From the human T2T-CHM13v2.0 reference genome, Homo sapiens: 64,000 nt of DNA. The translations under genes were made by a program, and so were the position numbers. Position 1 is the stretch's first letter, and the number at the start of each line of letters is the position of its first letter. Where the stretch lies: assembly GCF_009914755.1 (NCBI RefSeq), contig NC_060930.1; one strand, given 5' to 3'. Of this stretch, positions 14,581 to 28,714 are shown piece by piece. The notes under the pieces were generated by a model, which had not been told where the DNA came from, made no database searches, and saw nothing but the letters and a program-made list of their open reading frames with translations.

Positions 14581-17210
14581 TTTTCCACCAGTCATGTGAT
14601 ATATGCAGAGTAGCATTATACCTAGGCAATTATTAGGGTTTGTGGGTAGAATGAGCCCCAAATCCCTAATGTGGAAACTGCTTAAAACAGAAAGTAAATC
14701 AACACCTACTAAGATGGATGTCAAATCTCAAATCCTTGTAGAAAGCTGTGTTGGAACTTCTAACCACTGCTAAAATTAGATTCAAATCAATAGTGAAGCA
14801 ACCTAATTTTTATCAAGAAATTTTCCATAAGGAAGATAATAAAGTCATGTCTACAATTCTTTTTGAATTAGAGGCTAGATATATTAGCTTGGAAATAACT
14901 AGATGCAAAGTCATGAAGAGATTATGCAAAGTAACTTTTCATATGGCCTAATTTAATCTTGTGTGAAGCAAGTGCCTTTGTTAATTCAACTGATTTTTTT
15001 AAGGATTATAGTTTTTTTGTTACTTACTTCTCAGAATTAGAATTAAAATGTAGTTACCGGGAATCATCTAACCATGACCAAAAAAAAAAAAAAGAATTTT
15101 ATAAGCATGCAGGACAAATAATATGTTGCTGGCATTGTTTACAAGTGTGTTAGATCCATAAATAATGGTTTACTAAAAGTTTAAGGACTTGAAGAGAAAT
15201 ATACAGATGACTCTACTTCTGCAACTTTTACCAACATTCTAGAGAAATGAATGTGTAGCTCAAAATTGAGTCCAAGGTCAATGTATTTAGTCTTTGGCAA
15301 TGACACTGAGATTTTAAAGCAGAGGGTTTCACTGATGAAAATACAGTTCCAATTTTTTTAAAGGAGCATCTGTAATTTAAAAACACAAACCTCACCTCTT
15401 CCTTCCCAGTTATATGTAAGAAGCCCTTTTACAAATAACTGAAAATCATTTTATGTTGAAAAAAGAAGAGCACCCCACCCCCATGCTAACACCACCACCA
15501 GCATGCCCATAAGCACAGTTGCCAGCAGGGGCCTCCCCACCCCTCTAAGCAGTCTTACTTCTGCTGCTGCTGTAAACACCTACATGGAGGAAGGCATCCC
15601 AGCACTCTCTACCATCCTACTGTAGCCAATGAGTGTGCACCCCTCCATGTTGACACTGCCACTGCTGCTGCTGCTGGCATGTGCAAACAAGGACAGAGCC
15701 CACTGCCACCACATTTTTGTTGGCACTACCCATCAGAGTTTAGGGACCAGTAGAGTGGCAGCATCTCAACTCCCCCAGCACAGTGGGTTCCTAGCCTTGA
15801 GGAGCCAGAGAACAAAGTCAGGACCCGAAACAAGTCCCTAAGAGTTACAGCCTGCAGTCCAGGAGCTGGGAGCTGAGACTTGGTACCCACTAAAATTTTC
15901 CAGAAATGAAGCCAGTGGACTGAATCCATCTTATACCACAATCAAACCCTCAAGCTCATCAAACAGAATAAAAGAAAAAAAAATCCACCCAAAGGACAGC
16001 AACTTTAACGACTGAAGAAACACTAGCCCACAAAGACGAGAAAGAACCAGTGCAAGAACTCTGACAACTCAAAAAGCCAAAGTGTCTTCTTTCTCCAAAC
16101 AACCGCACTCACTACCTCTCCAGCAAGGGTTCTGAACTGAACTGAGATAGCTGAAATGACAGAAATAGAATTTGGAATATGAATAAGAATGAAGGTCATT
16201 GAGATGCAGGAGTATGTTGAATCCCAATCCAAAGAAGCTAAGGATCACAATAAAATGATACAAGAGCTGACAGATAAATAACCAGTATAGAAAAGAAAGT
16301 AATCAACCTAACAAAGCTGAAAAACATTCTACAATTATTTAGGAATGCAATTGTAAGCATTAATGGGAGAATACGCCAAGCAAAAGAAAGAATTTCAGAG
16401 CGTGAAGACTGGCTTTCTGAAATAAGACAGACAAGAATAGAGAAAAAGAAGGAAAATGAATAAACAAAATTTCCAAGAAATATGGGATTATGTGAGGATA
16501 TCAAATTTGTGACTCACTGGTGTTCTTGAAAGAGATGGGGAGAATGAAACCAACTTGGAAAATGTACTTCAGGATACCATGCATGAGAACCTCCCTAACC
16601 TAGCTAGCAAGGCCAACATTCAAATTCAGGAAATGCAGAGAACCCCAGCAAGATACTTCACAAGAAGATCATCCCTAAGACACATAATCATGAAATTCTC
16701 CAAGGTCCAAAGGAAAGAAAAAATGTTAAAGGCAGCTAGAGAGAAAGGTCAGGACACCTACAAAGGGAAGCTCATCAGACTAATAGCAGACCTCTTAGCA
16801 GAAAACCTACAAGCCAGAAGCAATTAGGGGTCAATATTCAACATTCTTTTTATTTTTATTTTATTTTTTTAAAGATTTCCATGGGTTATTGGGCAACAGG
16901 CAGTGTTTGGTTACATGAGTAAGTTCTTTAGTGGTGATTTGTGAGATTTTGGTGCACCCGTCACCTGAGCAGTATACATGTCACCCAATTTGTAGTCTTT
17001 TATCCCTCAGTCCCTTCCCATGCTTTCCCCCGAGTCCCCAAAGTCCATTGTGTCATTCTTATGCCTTTGCATCCTGATAGCTTAGCTCCCACTTATGAGT
17101 AAGAAGATACGATATTTGGTTTTCTATTCCTGAGGTACTTTACTTACCATAATAGTTTCCAATCTCATCCAGGTCATTAATTCACTCCTTTTTATGGCTG
17201 AGTAGTATTT

Positions 17211-17215
<5 letters not shown>

Positions 17216-17276
<61 letters not shown>
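17216..17276. repeat. (TA)n microsatellite, ~30 perfect units, inside the L1PB 3' region
   Basis: Directly visible. Confidence 0.98.
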
Positions 17277-17278
<2 letters not shown>

Positions 17279-20200
17279 ATCTCACAGTTTCTTTATCCAC
17301 TTATTGACTGATGGGCATTTGGGTTGGTTCCACATTTTTGTGATTGCAAATTATGCTGCTATAAACATGTGTGTGCAAGTATCTTTTTCATATAATGACT
17401 TCTTTTCCTCTGGGCGGATACCCAGTAATGGGATTGCTGGATCAAATGGTAGTTCTACTTTTAGCTCTTTAAGGAATCTTCACACTGTTTTCCATAGTGG
17501 TTGTACTAGTTTACATTCCCACCAGCAGTGTAGAAGTGTTCCCTGTGGACTGCATCCACATCAACATCTATTATTTCTTTATTTTTTTATTATGGCCATT
17601 CTTGCAGGAATAAGGTGGTATCGCATTGTGGTTTTGACTTGCATTTCCCTGATCATTAGTGATGCTGAGCATTTTTTCATATGTTTTTTGGCCATTAATA
17701 TATCTTCTTTCAAGAAATGTCTATTCATGTCCTTAGTCCACTTTTTAATGGGATTGTTTGCTTTTTTTCTTGCTAATTTGTTTGAACTTGTTATAGATTC
17801 TGGATATATTAGTCCTTTGTTGGATGTATAGATTGTGAAGATTTTCTCCCACTCTGTGGGTTGTGTGTTTTCTCTGCTAACTGTTCCTTTTGCCGTGCAA
17901 AGCTCTTTAGTTTAATTAAGTCACAGCTATTTATCTTTGTATTTATTGCTTTTGTTTTTGGGTTCCTGGTCATGAAAACTTGCCTAAGCCAATGTCTAGA
18001 AGGGTTTTTCCAATGTTATCTTCTTGAATTTTTATAGTTTCAGGTCTTAGATTTAAGTTCTTGATCCATCTTGAGTTGATTTTTGTATAAGGTGAGAGAT
18101 GAAGATCCAGTTTCATTCTCCCACATGTGGCTTGCCAAGTATTCCAGCACCATTTGTTGAATAGAGTGTCCTTTCCCCATTTTATGTTTTTGTTTGCTTT
18201 GTCTAAGATCAGTTGGCTGTAAGTATTAGGGTTTATTTCTGGGTTCTCTATTCTGTTCCATTGGTCTATGTGCCTATTTTTATAGCAGTACCATACTTTT
18301 CAGTGACTATGACCTTACGGTACAGTTTGACATCAGATAATGTAATGACTCCAGATTTGTTCTTTTTCCTTAGTCTAGTTTTGGTTCTGTGGGCTTTTTT
18401 GGTTCTGTATGAATTTTAGAATTGTTTTTTCTAATTCTGTGAAGAATGATGGTGGTATTTTGATGGGAATTGCATTGAGTTTGTAGATTGCTTTTAGCAG
18501 TATGTTCATTTTCACAATATTGATTCTACCCATTCATGAGCATGGGATGATTTCTTTCAGCAGTGTTTCTTAGTTTTCCTTGTAGAGGTCTTTCACCTCC
18601 TTGGTTAGGTATATTCCTAAATATTTTATTTATTGCAGCTATTGTAAAAGACATTGAGTTCTTGATTTGATTCTCAGCTTGGTCACTGTTGGTGTATAGA
18701 GGAGCTACTGATTTATGTACATTAATTTTGTATCCAGAAACTTTGCTGAATTCTTTTATCAGTTCTCGGAGCTTTCTGGAGGATTCTTTAGGACCTTCTA
18801 GGTAAACAATTGTATCATCTGCAAACAGCGACAGTTTGACTTCCTCTTTACCCATTTGGATGCCCTTTATTTCTCTTGTCTGATTGCTCTGGCTAGGACT
18901 TCCAGTACTATGTTGAAGAGAAGTGGTGAGAGTGGGCATCCTTGTCTTGTTCCAGTTCTCAGAGGGAATGATTTCAACTTTTCCCCATTCAGTATGATGT
19001 TGACTTTGGGTTTGTCATAGATGGCTTTTATTATATTGAGGTATGTCCCTTGTATGTCAATTTTGCTGAGAGTTTTAATCATAAAGCCATGCTGGGTTTT
19101 GTTGAATGCTTTTTCTGCAGCTATTGAGATGATCACGTGATTTTTGTTTTTGATTCTGTTTATGTGGTGTATCACATTTATTGACTTGCATATGTTAAAC
19201 CATCCCTGCATCCCTGGTATGAAACCCACTTGATCATGGTGGATTATCTTTTTGATATGTGTTGGATTTGGTTAGCTAGCATTTTGTTAAGGATTTTAGC
19301 ATTTATGTTATTAGGGATATTGGTCTGTAGTTTTCCTTTTTGGTTATGTCCTTTCCTGGTTTTGGTATTAGGGTGATACTGGCTTCGTAGAATAATTTGG
19401 GGAGGATTCCCTCTTTATCTTGTGGAATAGTGTCAATAGGATTGGTACCAATTCTTGGAATGTCTGGTAGAATTCTGCTGTGAATCCATCTGGTCCTGGA
19501 TTTTTTTTGTTGGTAATTTTTTTTATTACCGTTTCAATCTCACTGCTTGTTATTTGTCTGTTCAGGGTATCTAATTCTTCCTGATTTAAGCAAGGAAGGT
19601 TGTATTTTTTTGAGGAATTTGTCCATCTCCTCTAGGTTTTCTAGTTTATGTTCATAATGGTGTTCATAGTAGCCTTGAATAATCTTTTGTATTTCTGTGG
19701 TGTCAGCTGTAATATCATCCGTTTCATTTCTAATTGAGCTTATTTGGATTTTCTCCCTTTTCTTGGTTAGTCTTGCTAATGGTCTGTCAATCTTATTTAT
19801 CTTTTCAAAGAACCACCTTTTTTTCATTTTGTATTTTTGTTTGTTTGTTTTAGTTTCATTTAGTTCTGCTCTGATCTTGGTCATTTCCTTTTTTCTGCTT
19901 GGTTTGGGTTTGGCTTGTTCTTGTTTCTCTAGTTCCTTAAGGTGTGACCTTAGATTGTCTGAGCTCTTTCAGGCTTTTCGATGTAGGCATCTAGGGCTAT
20001 GAACTTTCCTCTTAGCCCCGTCTTTGCTGTATTCCAGAGGTTTTGACAGGTTGTATCATGATTGTCGTTCAGTTTGAAGAACTTTTAAATTTCCATCGTG
20101 ATTTCGTTTTTGAGCCAATGATCATTCAGGAGCAGGTTATTTAATTTCCATGTATTTGCATGGTTTTGAAGGTTCCTTGTGGAGTTGATTTCCAGTTTTA

Positions 20201-20662
20201 TTCCACTGTGGTCTGAGAGAGTGCTTGATATAATTTCAATTTTCATAAATTTATTGAGACTTCTTTTGTGGCCTATTATATGGTCCATCTTGGAGAAAGT
20301 TCCATGCACTGTTGAATAGAATGTATATTATGTGTTTGTTGGGTAGAATGTTCTGTAAATATCTGGTAAGTCCATTTACTACAGGGTATAGTTTAAATCA
20401 ATTGTTTCTTTGTTGACTTTCTGTCTTGATGAACTGTCTCATGCCATCAGTGGAGGATTGAAGTCTCCCACTATTATTGTGTTTCTGTCTATCTCATTTC
20501 TTAGGTCTCTTAGTAATTGTTTTATAAATTTGGGACCTCCAGTGTTAGGTGCATATATATTTAGGATTGTAATATTTTCCTGTCGGACAAGGCCTTTTAT
20601 TATTATATAATGTCCCTCCTTGTCTTTTTTAACTGCTGTTGCTTTAAAATTTGTTTTATCTG

Positions 20663-20929
20663 CTAACACAGGAACAGAAAACCAAACACCGCATGTTCTC
20701 ACTCATAAGTGGGAGTTGAACAATGAAAACACATGGACACAGGGAGGGGAACATCACACATCGGGGCCTGCCTGGGGGTGGGAAGCAAGGGGAGGGATAG
20801 CATTAGGAGAAATAGCTAATGTAGATGACAGGTTGATGGGTGCAGCAAAGCACCATGGCACATGTATACTTATGTAACAAACCTGCACATTCTGCACATG
20901 TGTCCCAGAACTTATAGTATAATAAAAAA
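20663..20929 (+). mobile_element. 5'-truncated L1PA7/8-like 3' end inserted in the L1PB1 ORF2
   Basis: 'gggagggatagcattaggagaaatagctaatgtagatgac...aataaaaaaaaa'; degenerate TSD aaaatttgttttatctg / aaacatgttttgtctg. Confidence 0.9.
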
Positions 20930-23900
20930 AAACATGTTTTGTCTGATATAGGAATAGCTACTTCTGGTCGCTTTTGGTGTCCATTTGCATGGAATGACTT
21001 TTTCCATCCCTTTACCTTAAGTTTACGTGAATCCTTATGTGTTAGTTGTGTCTCTTGAAGGCAGCAGATCGTTGGTTGGTGAATTCTCATCCATTCTGCA
21101 ATTTGTATCTTTTAAGTGGAACATTTAAGCCATTTATGTTCAATATTAGTATTGAGATGTGAGCTACCATTCCATTCATTGTGCTATTTGTTGCCTGTAC
21201 CTTTTTTTAAATTGCATTTTTGTTTTATAGGTCCTGTTAGATTTATACTTTAAAGAGGTTCTGTTTTTATGCATTTCCAGGATTTGTTTCAAGATTTAGA
21301 GCTCCTTTTAGCAGTTCTTATAGTGCTGGCTTGGTGGTGGTGAATTCTCTCAGCATTTTTTTGTCTGAAAACGACTGTATCTTTCCTTCATTTGTGAAGC
21401 TTAGTTTCGCTGGAAATAAAACTCTTTGCTGATAATTGTTTCATTTGAGGAGGCTGAAGATAGGGTCCCAATTTCTTCTAGCTTGTAGGATTCTGCTGAG
21501 AAATCTGCTGTTAATCTGATAGGTTTTCTTTTTTAGGTTACCTGGCATTTTTGCCTCATAGCTTTTAAGATTCTTTCCTTTGTCTTAACTTTAGATAACC
21601 TGATGACAATGTGCCTAGGTGATTACCTTTTTGCGATGAATTTCCCAGGAGTTCTTTCAGCTTCTTGTATTTGGATATCTAGTTCTCTAGCAAGGCTGGG
21701 AAAGTTTTCCTCAATTACTCCCCCAAACATATTTTCCAAACTTTTAGGTTTCTTCTCTTCCTCAGGAATGTTGATTATTCTTAAGTTTGGTTGTTTAACC
21801 TAATCCCAGATTTCTTGGAGGCTTGGTTCATATTTTCTTATTCTTTTTTCTTTGTCAGATTGGGTTAATTCAAAAACCTTGTCTTTGAGCTCTGAAGTTT
21901 TCTCTTCTGCTTGTTCGATGCTATTGCTGAGACTTTCCAGAGCATTTTGCATTTCTATAAGTTTGTCCATTATCTATTTCATTAAATATTTCTCCCTTCA
22001 CTTCTTGTATCATTTTTTGGATTTCCTTACACTGGACCTTGCCTTTCTCTGTTGCCTCCATGATTAGCTTAATAACTAACCTTCTGAATTCTTTTTCAGG
22101 TAAATCAGGGATTTCTTCTTGGTTTGGATCCATTGCTGGTGAGCTAATGTGCTTTCTTGATGGTGTTAAAGAACCTTGTTTTGTCATATTACCAGAGTTG
22201 TTTTCTGGTTTCTTCTCATTTGCTAAAGGAAGGCCTAGGGCTCAAGGCTATTGTTTAGATTCTTTTGTCCCATGGGTTGTTCCCTTGAGGTAGTAGTCTC
22301 TCCCTTTTCCTAGGGAGGTGGCTTCCTGAGAGCCAAGCTGTAGTGATTGTTATCTCTCTTCTGGACCTAGCCACCCAGCAAGTGTACAAGGCTCCAGGCT
22401 GGTCCTGGGGGTTGTCTGCACAGAGTCCTGTGATATGAACTGTCTGTGGGTCTCTCAGCCGTGGATACCAGCACTTGCTTCAGTGAAGGTGGCAGGGGGG
22501 TGAAATGGACTCTGTGAGAATCCTTATATTTGGTTGGTTAATGCACTATTTTTGTGCTATTTGGCCTCCTGCCAGGAGGTGGCGGTTTCAAGAGAGGGTC
22601 AGCTATGGTAGTATGGGGAGGAACAGGTGGTGGGCAGGGCCCTAGAACTCTCAAGAGTATATGTCCTTTGTCTTCAGTTACCAGGGTGGGTAAAAGGACC
22701 ATTAAGTGGGGGCAGGTCTAGGCATGTCTGAGCTCAGACTCTACTTGGACAGGTCTTGCTGCAGCTGCTGTGGGGGATGAAGGTGAGGTTCCCAGGTCAA
22801 TAGAATTATGTTCCTAGGAAGCTTATGGATGCCTCTACTGTGTCATGTAGGTTGTCAGGGAAATGGGGGAAAGCTGGCAATCACAGGACTCACCCAGTTC
22901 CCAAGCAACCCATAAGGCTGGTCTCACTCCCACCATTCCCCCCTGCAACAGCACAGAGTCTGTTTCCAGGAAGTAGATGAGCAGGGCTAACAGCTTGCCC
23001 CAGGCTACCTGCCTCCCAGCTGTGAAAGCAAATAGGGCTTTCATTATTCTCCTGCCTGTGGAGTCTGCACACTGGATTCATGCCCTCCCCTGAGTTCTGG
23101 CCAGAAGACTTCTCAATCAGTTCAAATTGTTACAAAGTTCAGTTGGAGGTTTCCTTCTTGTGACATTTTCCCAGTGCCTCTGGCAGCCCTCCTCAAGGAC
23201 CCCTGTGAGACAAGGCAGAAATGGCTTGCTAGGCGGCCCAGCAATCCGACAGGGCTTTTCCCACTGCTTCCTCTACACTTGTATTTCACTTGGCTCTCTA
23301 AATGGACTCTGCTCCAGGTAAGGTCAGAATCTCCTTAATCTAGACCTCCAGTTTCCCCAGTGGGGGCATGTGTTCAAGGGTGGACGATCTCCCTTTCCCA
23401 CTTCCACAGTTTGGCCACTCCACAGTATTTGGGGTGTCTCCTGGGTCCTGCAGGAGCAATCTGCTTCCTTCAGAGGGTCTGTGGGTTCTCTTGACTTTCC
23501 TAGTGTATTCCTGCAGTCATGCTGGAGCAAAAGTTCATGATGTCAGCCTGCACACACTGTCTCTCTGTCCGAGTGGGGGCTGCAATGTAGTCCTGCCTCC
23601 CATCTGCCATGATCTCAACATTCTTAAAGAAATTTCAACCAAGAATTCCATATCCAGCCAAACTAACCTTCATAAGTGAAGGAGAAATAAGATATTTTTC
23701 AGATAAGCAAATGCTGAGGCAATTCATTATTACCAGAACTGCCTTACAAAAGCTTCTAAAGGAAGCACTAAACATGAAAAGGAAAGACCATTAACAACCA
23801 CTACAAAAATGCACTGAAATACACAGACCAATGAAATTATAAAGCCACCACACAAACAAGTCTGAATAATAACTAGCTAATATCATGATGACAGGATCCA

Positions 23901-26078
23901 ATCCACACATATCAATCCTAACCTTGAGTGTAAATGGGCTAAATATCCTCAATTAAAAGGCACAGAGTTGCAAGCTGAATAAAGAACCAAGACCAATTGG
24001 TATGCTGTCTCCAAGAGACCCATCTCACATGCAATGACACCCATAGGCTCAATATAAAGGAATGGAGAAAAATCTGCCAAGCAAATGGAAAACAGGAAAA
24101 AGAAGGGGTTGCAATCCTCATTTCAGACAAAACAGACTTTAAACCAACAAAGATAAAAAAGACAAAGAAGGGCATTATGTAATGGTAAAGGGTCCAATTC
24201 AACAAGACCTAACTATCCTAAATATGTATGCACCCAACACAGGAACACCCAGATTCATAAAGCAAGTTCTTAGAGACCTACAAAGAGACTTAGAGTCCCA
24301 AACAATAATAGTGGGAAATTTCAACACCCTACTGACAGTATTAGACATATCATCAAGGCAGGAAATTAACAAAGATATTCAGGACCTCAACTCAGCACTG
24401 AATCAAGTGGGCCTGATAGACATCTACAGAACTCTCCACCCCAAAACAACAGAATACATATTCTTTTCACCACCACATGACACATATTCTAAAACTGACC
24501 ACATAATCAGACACAAAACACTTCTCAACAAATGCAAAAGAACTGAAATCATAACAACCACTATCTTGGACCACAGCAGAATAAAATTAGAGATCAAGAC
24601 TAAGAAAATTGCTCAAGACTGTAAAATTACATGGAAATTAAACAACCTGCTCCTATGACTTTTGGGTAAATAATTAAATTAAGACAGAAATCAGAAGTTC
24701 TTTGAAACTAATGAGAAAAAATATGCAATATACCAAAATACCTAGGACAGAGCTAAGGCAGTGATTACAGGGAAATTTATAGCACTAAATGCCCACATCA
24801 AAAAGCTATAAAGATCTCAATTTAAAGAGATCACAACTGAAAGAACTAAAGAACCAAGAGCAAACTAACCCCAAAGCAAGCGGAAGACAAGAAATAACCA
24901 AAATCAGAGCTGAACTGAAGGAGATTGAGACATGAAAAACTATTCAAAAGGTCAACAAATCCTGGAGTTTTTTTGAAAAAAATAATAAAATAGCTAGCTA
25001 GACTAATAAAAAAGAATAAAGAGAAGATCCAACTAATACAATTAGAAATAACAAAGGGGATATTACCACTGACCCCACAGAAATACAAATAACCATCAGA
25101 TAATATTATGAACATGGGCACACAACTAGAGAATCTAGAGAAAATGGATAAATTCCTAGACACATACACCCTCCCAACACTGAACCAGGTAGAAATCAAA
25201 TCCCCAAACAGACCGATAATGAGCTCCAAAATTGAATTAGTAATAAATAGGCTATCAACCCAAAAAAGCCCAGGACCAGATAAATTCACAGCCAAATTCT
25301 ACCAGATGTACAAAGAAGAGCTGGTATCATTTCTACTAAACTATCCCAAAAACTGGAGGAGAAGGGACTACTTCCTAACTCATTTCATGAGGCCAGCATC
25401 ACCCTGACACCAAAACCTGGTAGAGACACAATAACAACAAAAAAGAAAACGTCAGGTCAATATCCTTGATGAACATTAGTGCAAAACTCTTCAAAAAAAA
25501 CTGGCATACCAAATCCAGCAGCACATTAAAAACCTTATCCACCACAGTTGAGTAGGCTGTATCCCTGGGATGAAAAATTGGCTCAACATATGCGGATCAA
25601 CAAATGTGACTCATCATTTAAACAGAACTAAAAACAAAAACCACATGACTATCTCAATAGATGCAGAAATGGCTTTCAGTAAAATTCAACATCCCTTCAT
25701 GTTAAAAACTCTAAATAAACTAGACATTGAAGGAACATACCTCAAAATAATAAGAACCATCTATGACAAATCCACAGCCAACATTTTATGGACTAGGCAA
25801 AACCTGGAAATATTCCCCTTGAAAACCAGTGTAAGACAAGGATGCCCTCTCTCACCACTCCTATTCAAGAAAGTATTTGAAGTCCTGGCCAGACCAATGA
25901 GGCAAGAGAAAGAAATAAAGGGCATCCAAATAAGAAGAAAGTAAGCCAAACTATTCCTGTTTGCAGATGACATGATTCTATATCTAGAAATCCCCATAGT
26001 CTTGGCCCAAATGCTTCTTCAGCTGATAAACAACTTCAGCCAAGTTTCAGGATACAAAATCATTGTACAAAAATCTCT

Positions 26079-26142
26079 AGCATTCCTATACACCAAAAAT
26101 AGTCAAGCTAAGCATTCCTATGCACCAACAACAGTTAAGCTA
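26079..26142 (+). repeat. 32-bp tandem duplication inside host L1 ORF2
   Basis: agcattcctatacaccaaaaatagtcaagcta followed by agcattcctatgcaccaacaacagttaagcta. Confidence 0.9.
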
Positions 26143-27160
26143 AGAGCCAAATCAGGAATGCAGTCCCATTCACAACTGCCACAAACAGAACAAAATACCC
26201 AGGAATACAGCTAACGAGGGAGGTGAAAGATCTCTACAAGGAGAACTATAAAACACTGCTCAAAGAAATCAGAGATGACACAAACAAATGGAAAAACATT
26301 CCATGCTCATGGATAGGAATCAATATTTTTAAAATGGCCATACTGCCCAAAGCAATTTATATATTCAAGGCTATTCCTATCAAAGTACCAATGACATTCT
26401 TCACAGAACTAGAAAAAAACTATTTTAAAATTCACATGGAACCAAAAAAATAGCCTAACTAGCCAAGGCAATCCTAAGCAAAAAGAACACAGCTGGAGTC
26501 ATCACGCTACCCAATTTCAAACTATAATACAGGGCTACCGTAACCAAAACAGCATGGTACTGGTACAAAAAGTGACATGTAGAATAACAGAACAAAATAG
26601 AGAACCCAGAAATAAGGCTGCACACCTACAACCATCTAATCTTTGACAAAGTTGATAGAAACAAGCAATGGAGAAAGTACTCCCTATTCAATAAACAGTT
26701 CTGGGATAACTGGGTAGCCATTTGCAGAAGATTGAAACTGGACCCCTTCCTTACACCATCTACAAAAATCAACTCAAGATGGATTAAAGACTTAAATGTA
26801 AAACCCAAAACTATAAAAACCCTGGAAGACAATCTAAGCAATATCATTCTGGACACAGGAACTGGCAAAGATTTCGTGATGAAGATGACAAAAGAAATTG
26901 CAACAAAAGCAAAAATTGACAAATGAGATCTAATTAAACTAAAGAAACTATCAACAGCAAAATCAACTGTGAACAGAGTAAACAGACAATCTGCAGAATG
27001 GGAGAAAACTTTTGCAATCTATTCATCTGAGAAAGGTCTAATATCTGGCATCTATAAGGAAATTAAACAAATTTACAAGAAAAATATTAATACAAACAAC
27101 CCCATTAGAAAGTAGGCAAAGGACATGAACAGACACTTTTCAAAAGAAGACATATATGCA

Positions 27161-27427
27161 TGTTCTCGCTTATAAGTGAAAGCTGAACAATGACAACACA
27201 TGGACACAGGGAGGGGAAAAACACACACTGGGACCTATTGGGGGGTGGAGGGGAGGGAGAGCATCAGGATAAATAGCTAATACATGTGGGGCTTAATACC
27301 CAGGTGATGGGTTGATAGGTGCAGCAAACCACCATGGCACACACATTTACCTATGTAACAAACCTGCATGTCCTGTACATGTATCCCAGAACTTAAACCA
27401 AAATTAAATTTAATTTAATTTAAAGAA
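27161..27427 (+). mobile_element. 5'-truncated L1PA10/8A-like 3' end inserted in host L1 ORF2
   Basis: 'gagagcatcaggataaatagctaatacatgtggggcttaatacc'; TSD aagacatatatgca (27147-27160) / aagacatccatgca (27428-27441). Confidence 0.9.
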
Positions 27428-28714
27428 AAGACATCCATGCAGCCAACAAGCATATGAAAGAAAGTTTAATATCACTGATTATTAGAGAAATGCAAATCAA
27501 AACCATCTCACACCAGTCAAAATGGCTATTACTAAAAAGTCAAAAAATAACAGATGCTGGCAAGATTGAGGAGGACAAGGAAGGCTTATCCGCTATTGGT
27601 GGGATTATAACTTAGTTCAACCATTGTTTAAAACAGTGTGGCTGTTCCTCAAAGACCTGAAAACAGAACTACCATTTGATTCAGCAATCCCATTACTGGG
27701 TATATACCCAAAGGAATATAAATTGTTCTATCATAAAAACACATGCATGCATATGTTCATTGCAGCACTATTCACAATAGCAAAGACATGGAATCAACCT
27801 AAATAAACATCAGTGGTAGACTGGATAAAGAAAATATGGTACATATACACCATGGAATACTACACAGCCATATAAAAGAATGAGATCATGTCCTCTACAG
27901 GAACATGGATGGAGCTGGAGGCCATTCTCCTTAGCGAGCTAACACAGGAACAGAAAAACAAATACCACATCTTCTCATTTACAAGTGGGAGCTAAATGAT
28001 GAGAACACATGGACACATAGAAGGAAACAAAAGACACTGGGGCCTATTAGAGAGTGGAGGGTGGGAGGGAGTGGATCTGGAAAAATAACTAATGGGTACT
28101 AGGCCTAATACCTGGGTGACAAAATAACCTGTACAATAAACCTCCATGACACGAATTTACCTATCTAACAAACCTGCTCATGCACCCCTGAAATTAAAAG
28201 TTAAAAAAAAGAAAAAAGAAGAAATAATCAGTATGAGAAAGGCCACAGATAAATGTCTGTAAATTGTCTACAAATTGCTAGACTTTGTGTTCACAGGAGG
28301 AGTGGAGCAGGAAGGAACTAGAAGTAGACTGGGTTTTAGGTCTTAGTTGTAATGCTAGAGTCACTCACAGAAAGTTTCACTTTTCTCCTCTTATAAAATA
28401 AGCACTGACTACCTGAAGCTTCTTGCATAGAGCCAAAGCCACCTCTGTACTTTGTACATTCAGAAGAGGTTTGACGGTGCTCACAAAGGATTTTTCTTTT
28501 CCCTTCATTTCATTGAACTCAGTGAAAAAAAAAATGTTCCTGGGAACATATGACCTATCAAACTAGATTATTTCACTTCTATTAAAATATCTTGCCGCAA
28601 ATTCTATTATATTATGATGAAGTCTTTCCTAGAATATACATCTAGAGTGAGTACTAAACTGCCATGTGCTTGTGTAAATGCTACCTCGCAATTATTTCCT
28701 TATTGTTTTATTCA

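Larger units (their letters stand above)
16849..23614 (-). mobile_element. Full-length L1PB1-like LINE-1 inserted antisense into host ORF1
   Basis: 11-bp TSD tcaacattctt at 16838-16848 and 23615-23625; 5' start on - strand 'gatcatggcagatgggaggcagg'; ORF1 'MTKQGSLTP...DPNQEEIPDLPEKEFRRLVIKL'; ORF2 '[11 protein letters not shown]', '[10 protein letters not shown]'; L1PB-type 3' UTR. Confidence 0.93.
15470..28210 (+). mobile_element. L1PA13-like LINE-1 (host of nested insertions; its own segments are 15470-16848, 23626-27160 and 27428-28210)
   Basis: 12-bp TSD gaaaaaagaaga at 15458-15469 and 28211-28222; ORF1 remnants 16555-16827 and 23609-23794; ORF2 remnants ([30 protein letters not shown]); 3' UTR 'aaaataactaatgggtactaggc'. 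Confidence 0.92.

Noticed and set aside
16555-27806. Reverse transcriptase and endonuclease ORFs as a novel retroelement or RT system
   Set aside because: They are fragmented, standard LINE-1 ORF1/ORF2 sequence; ORFs such as 17304-17831 are antisense L1 frames
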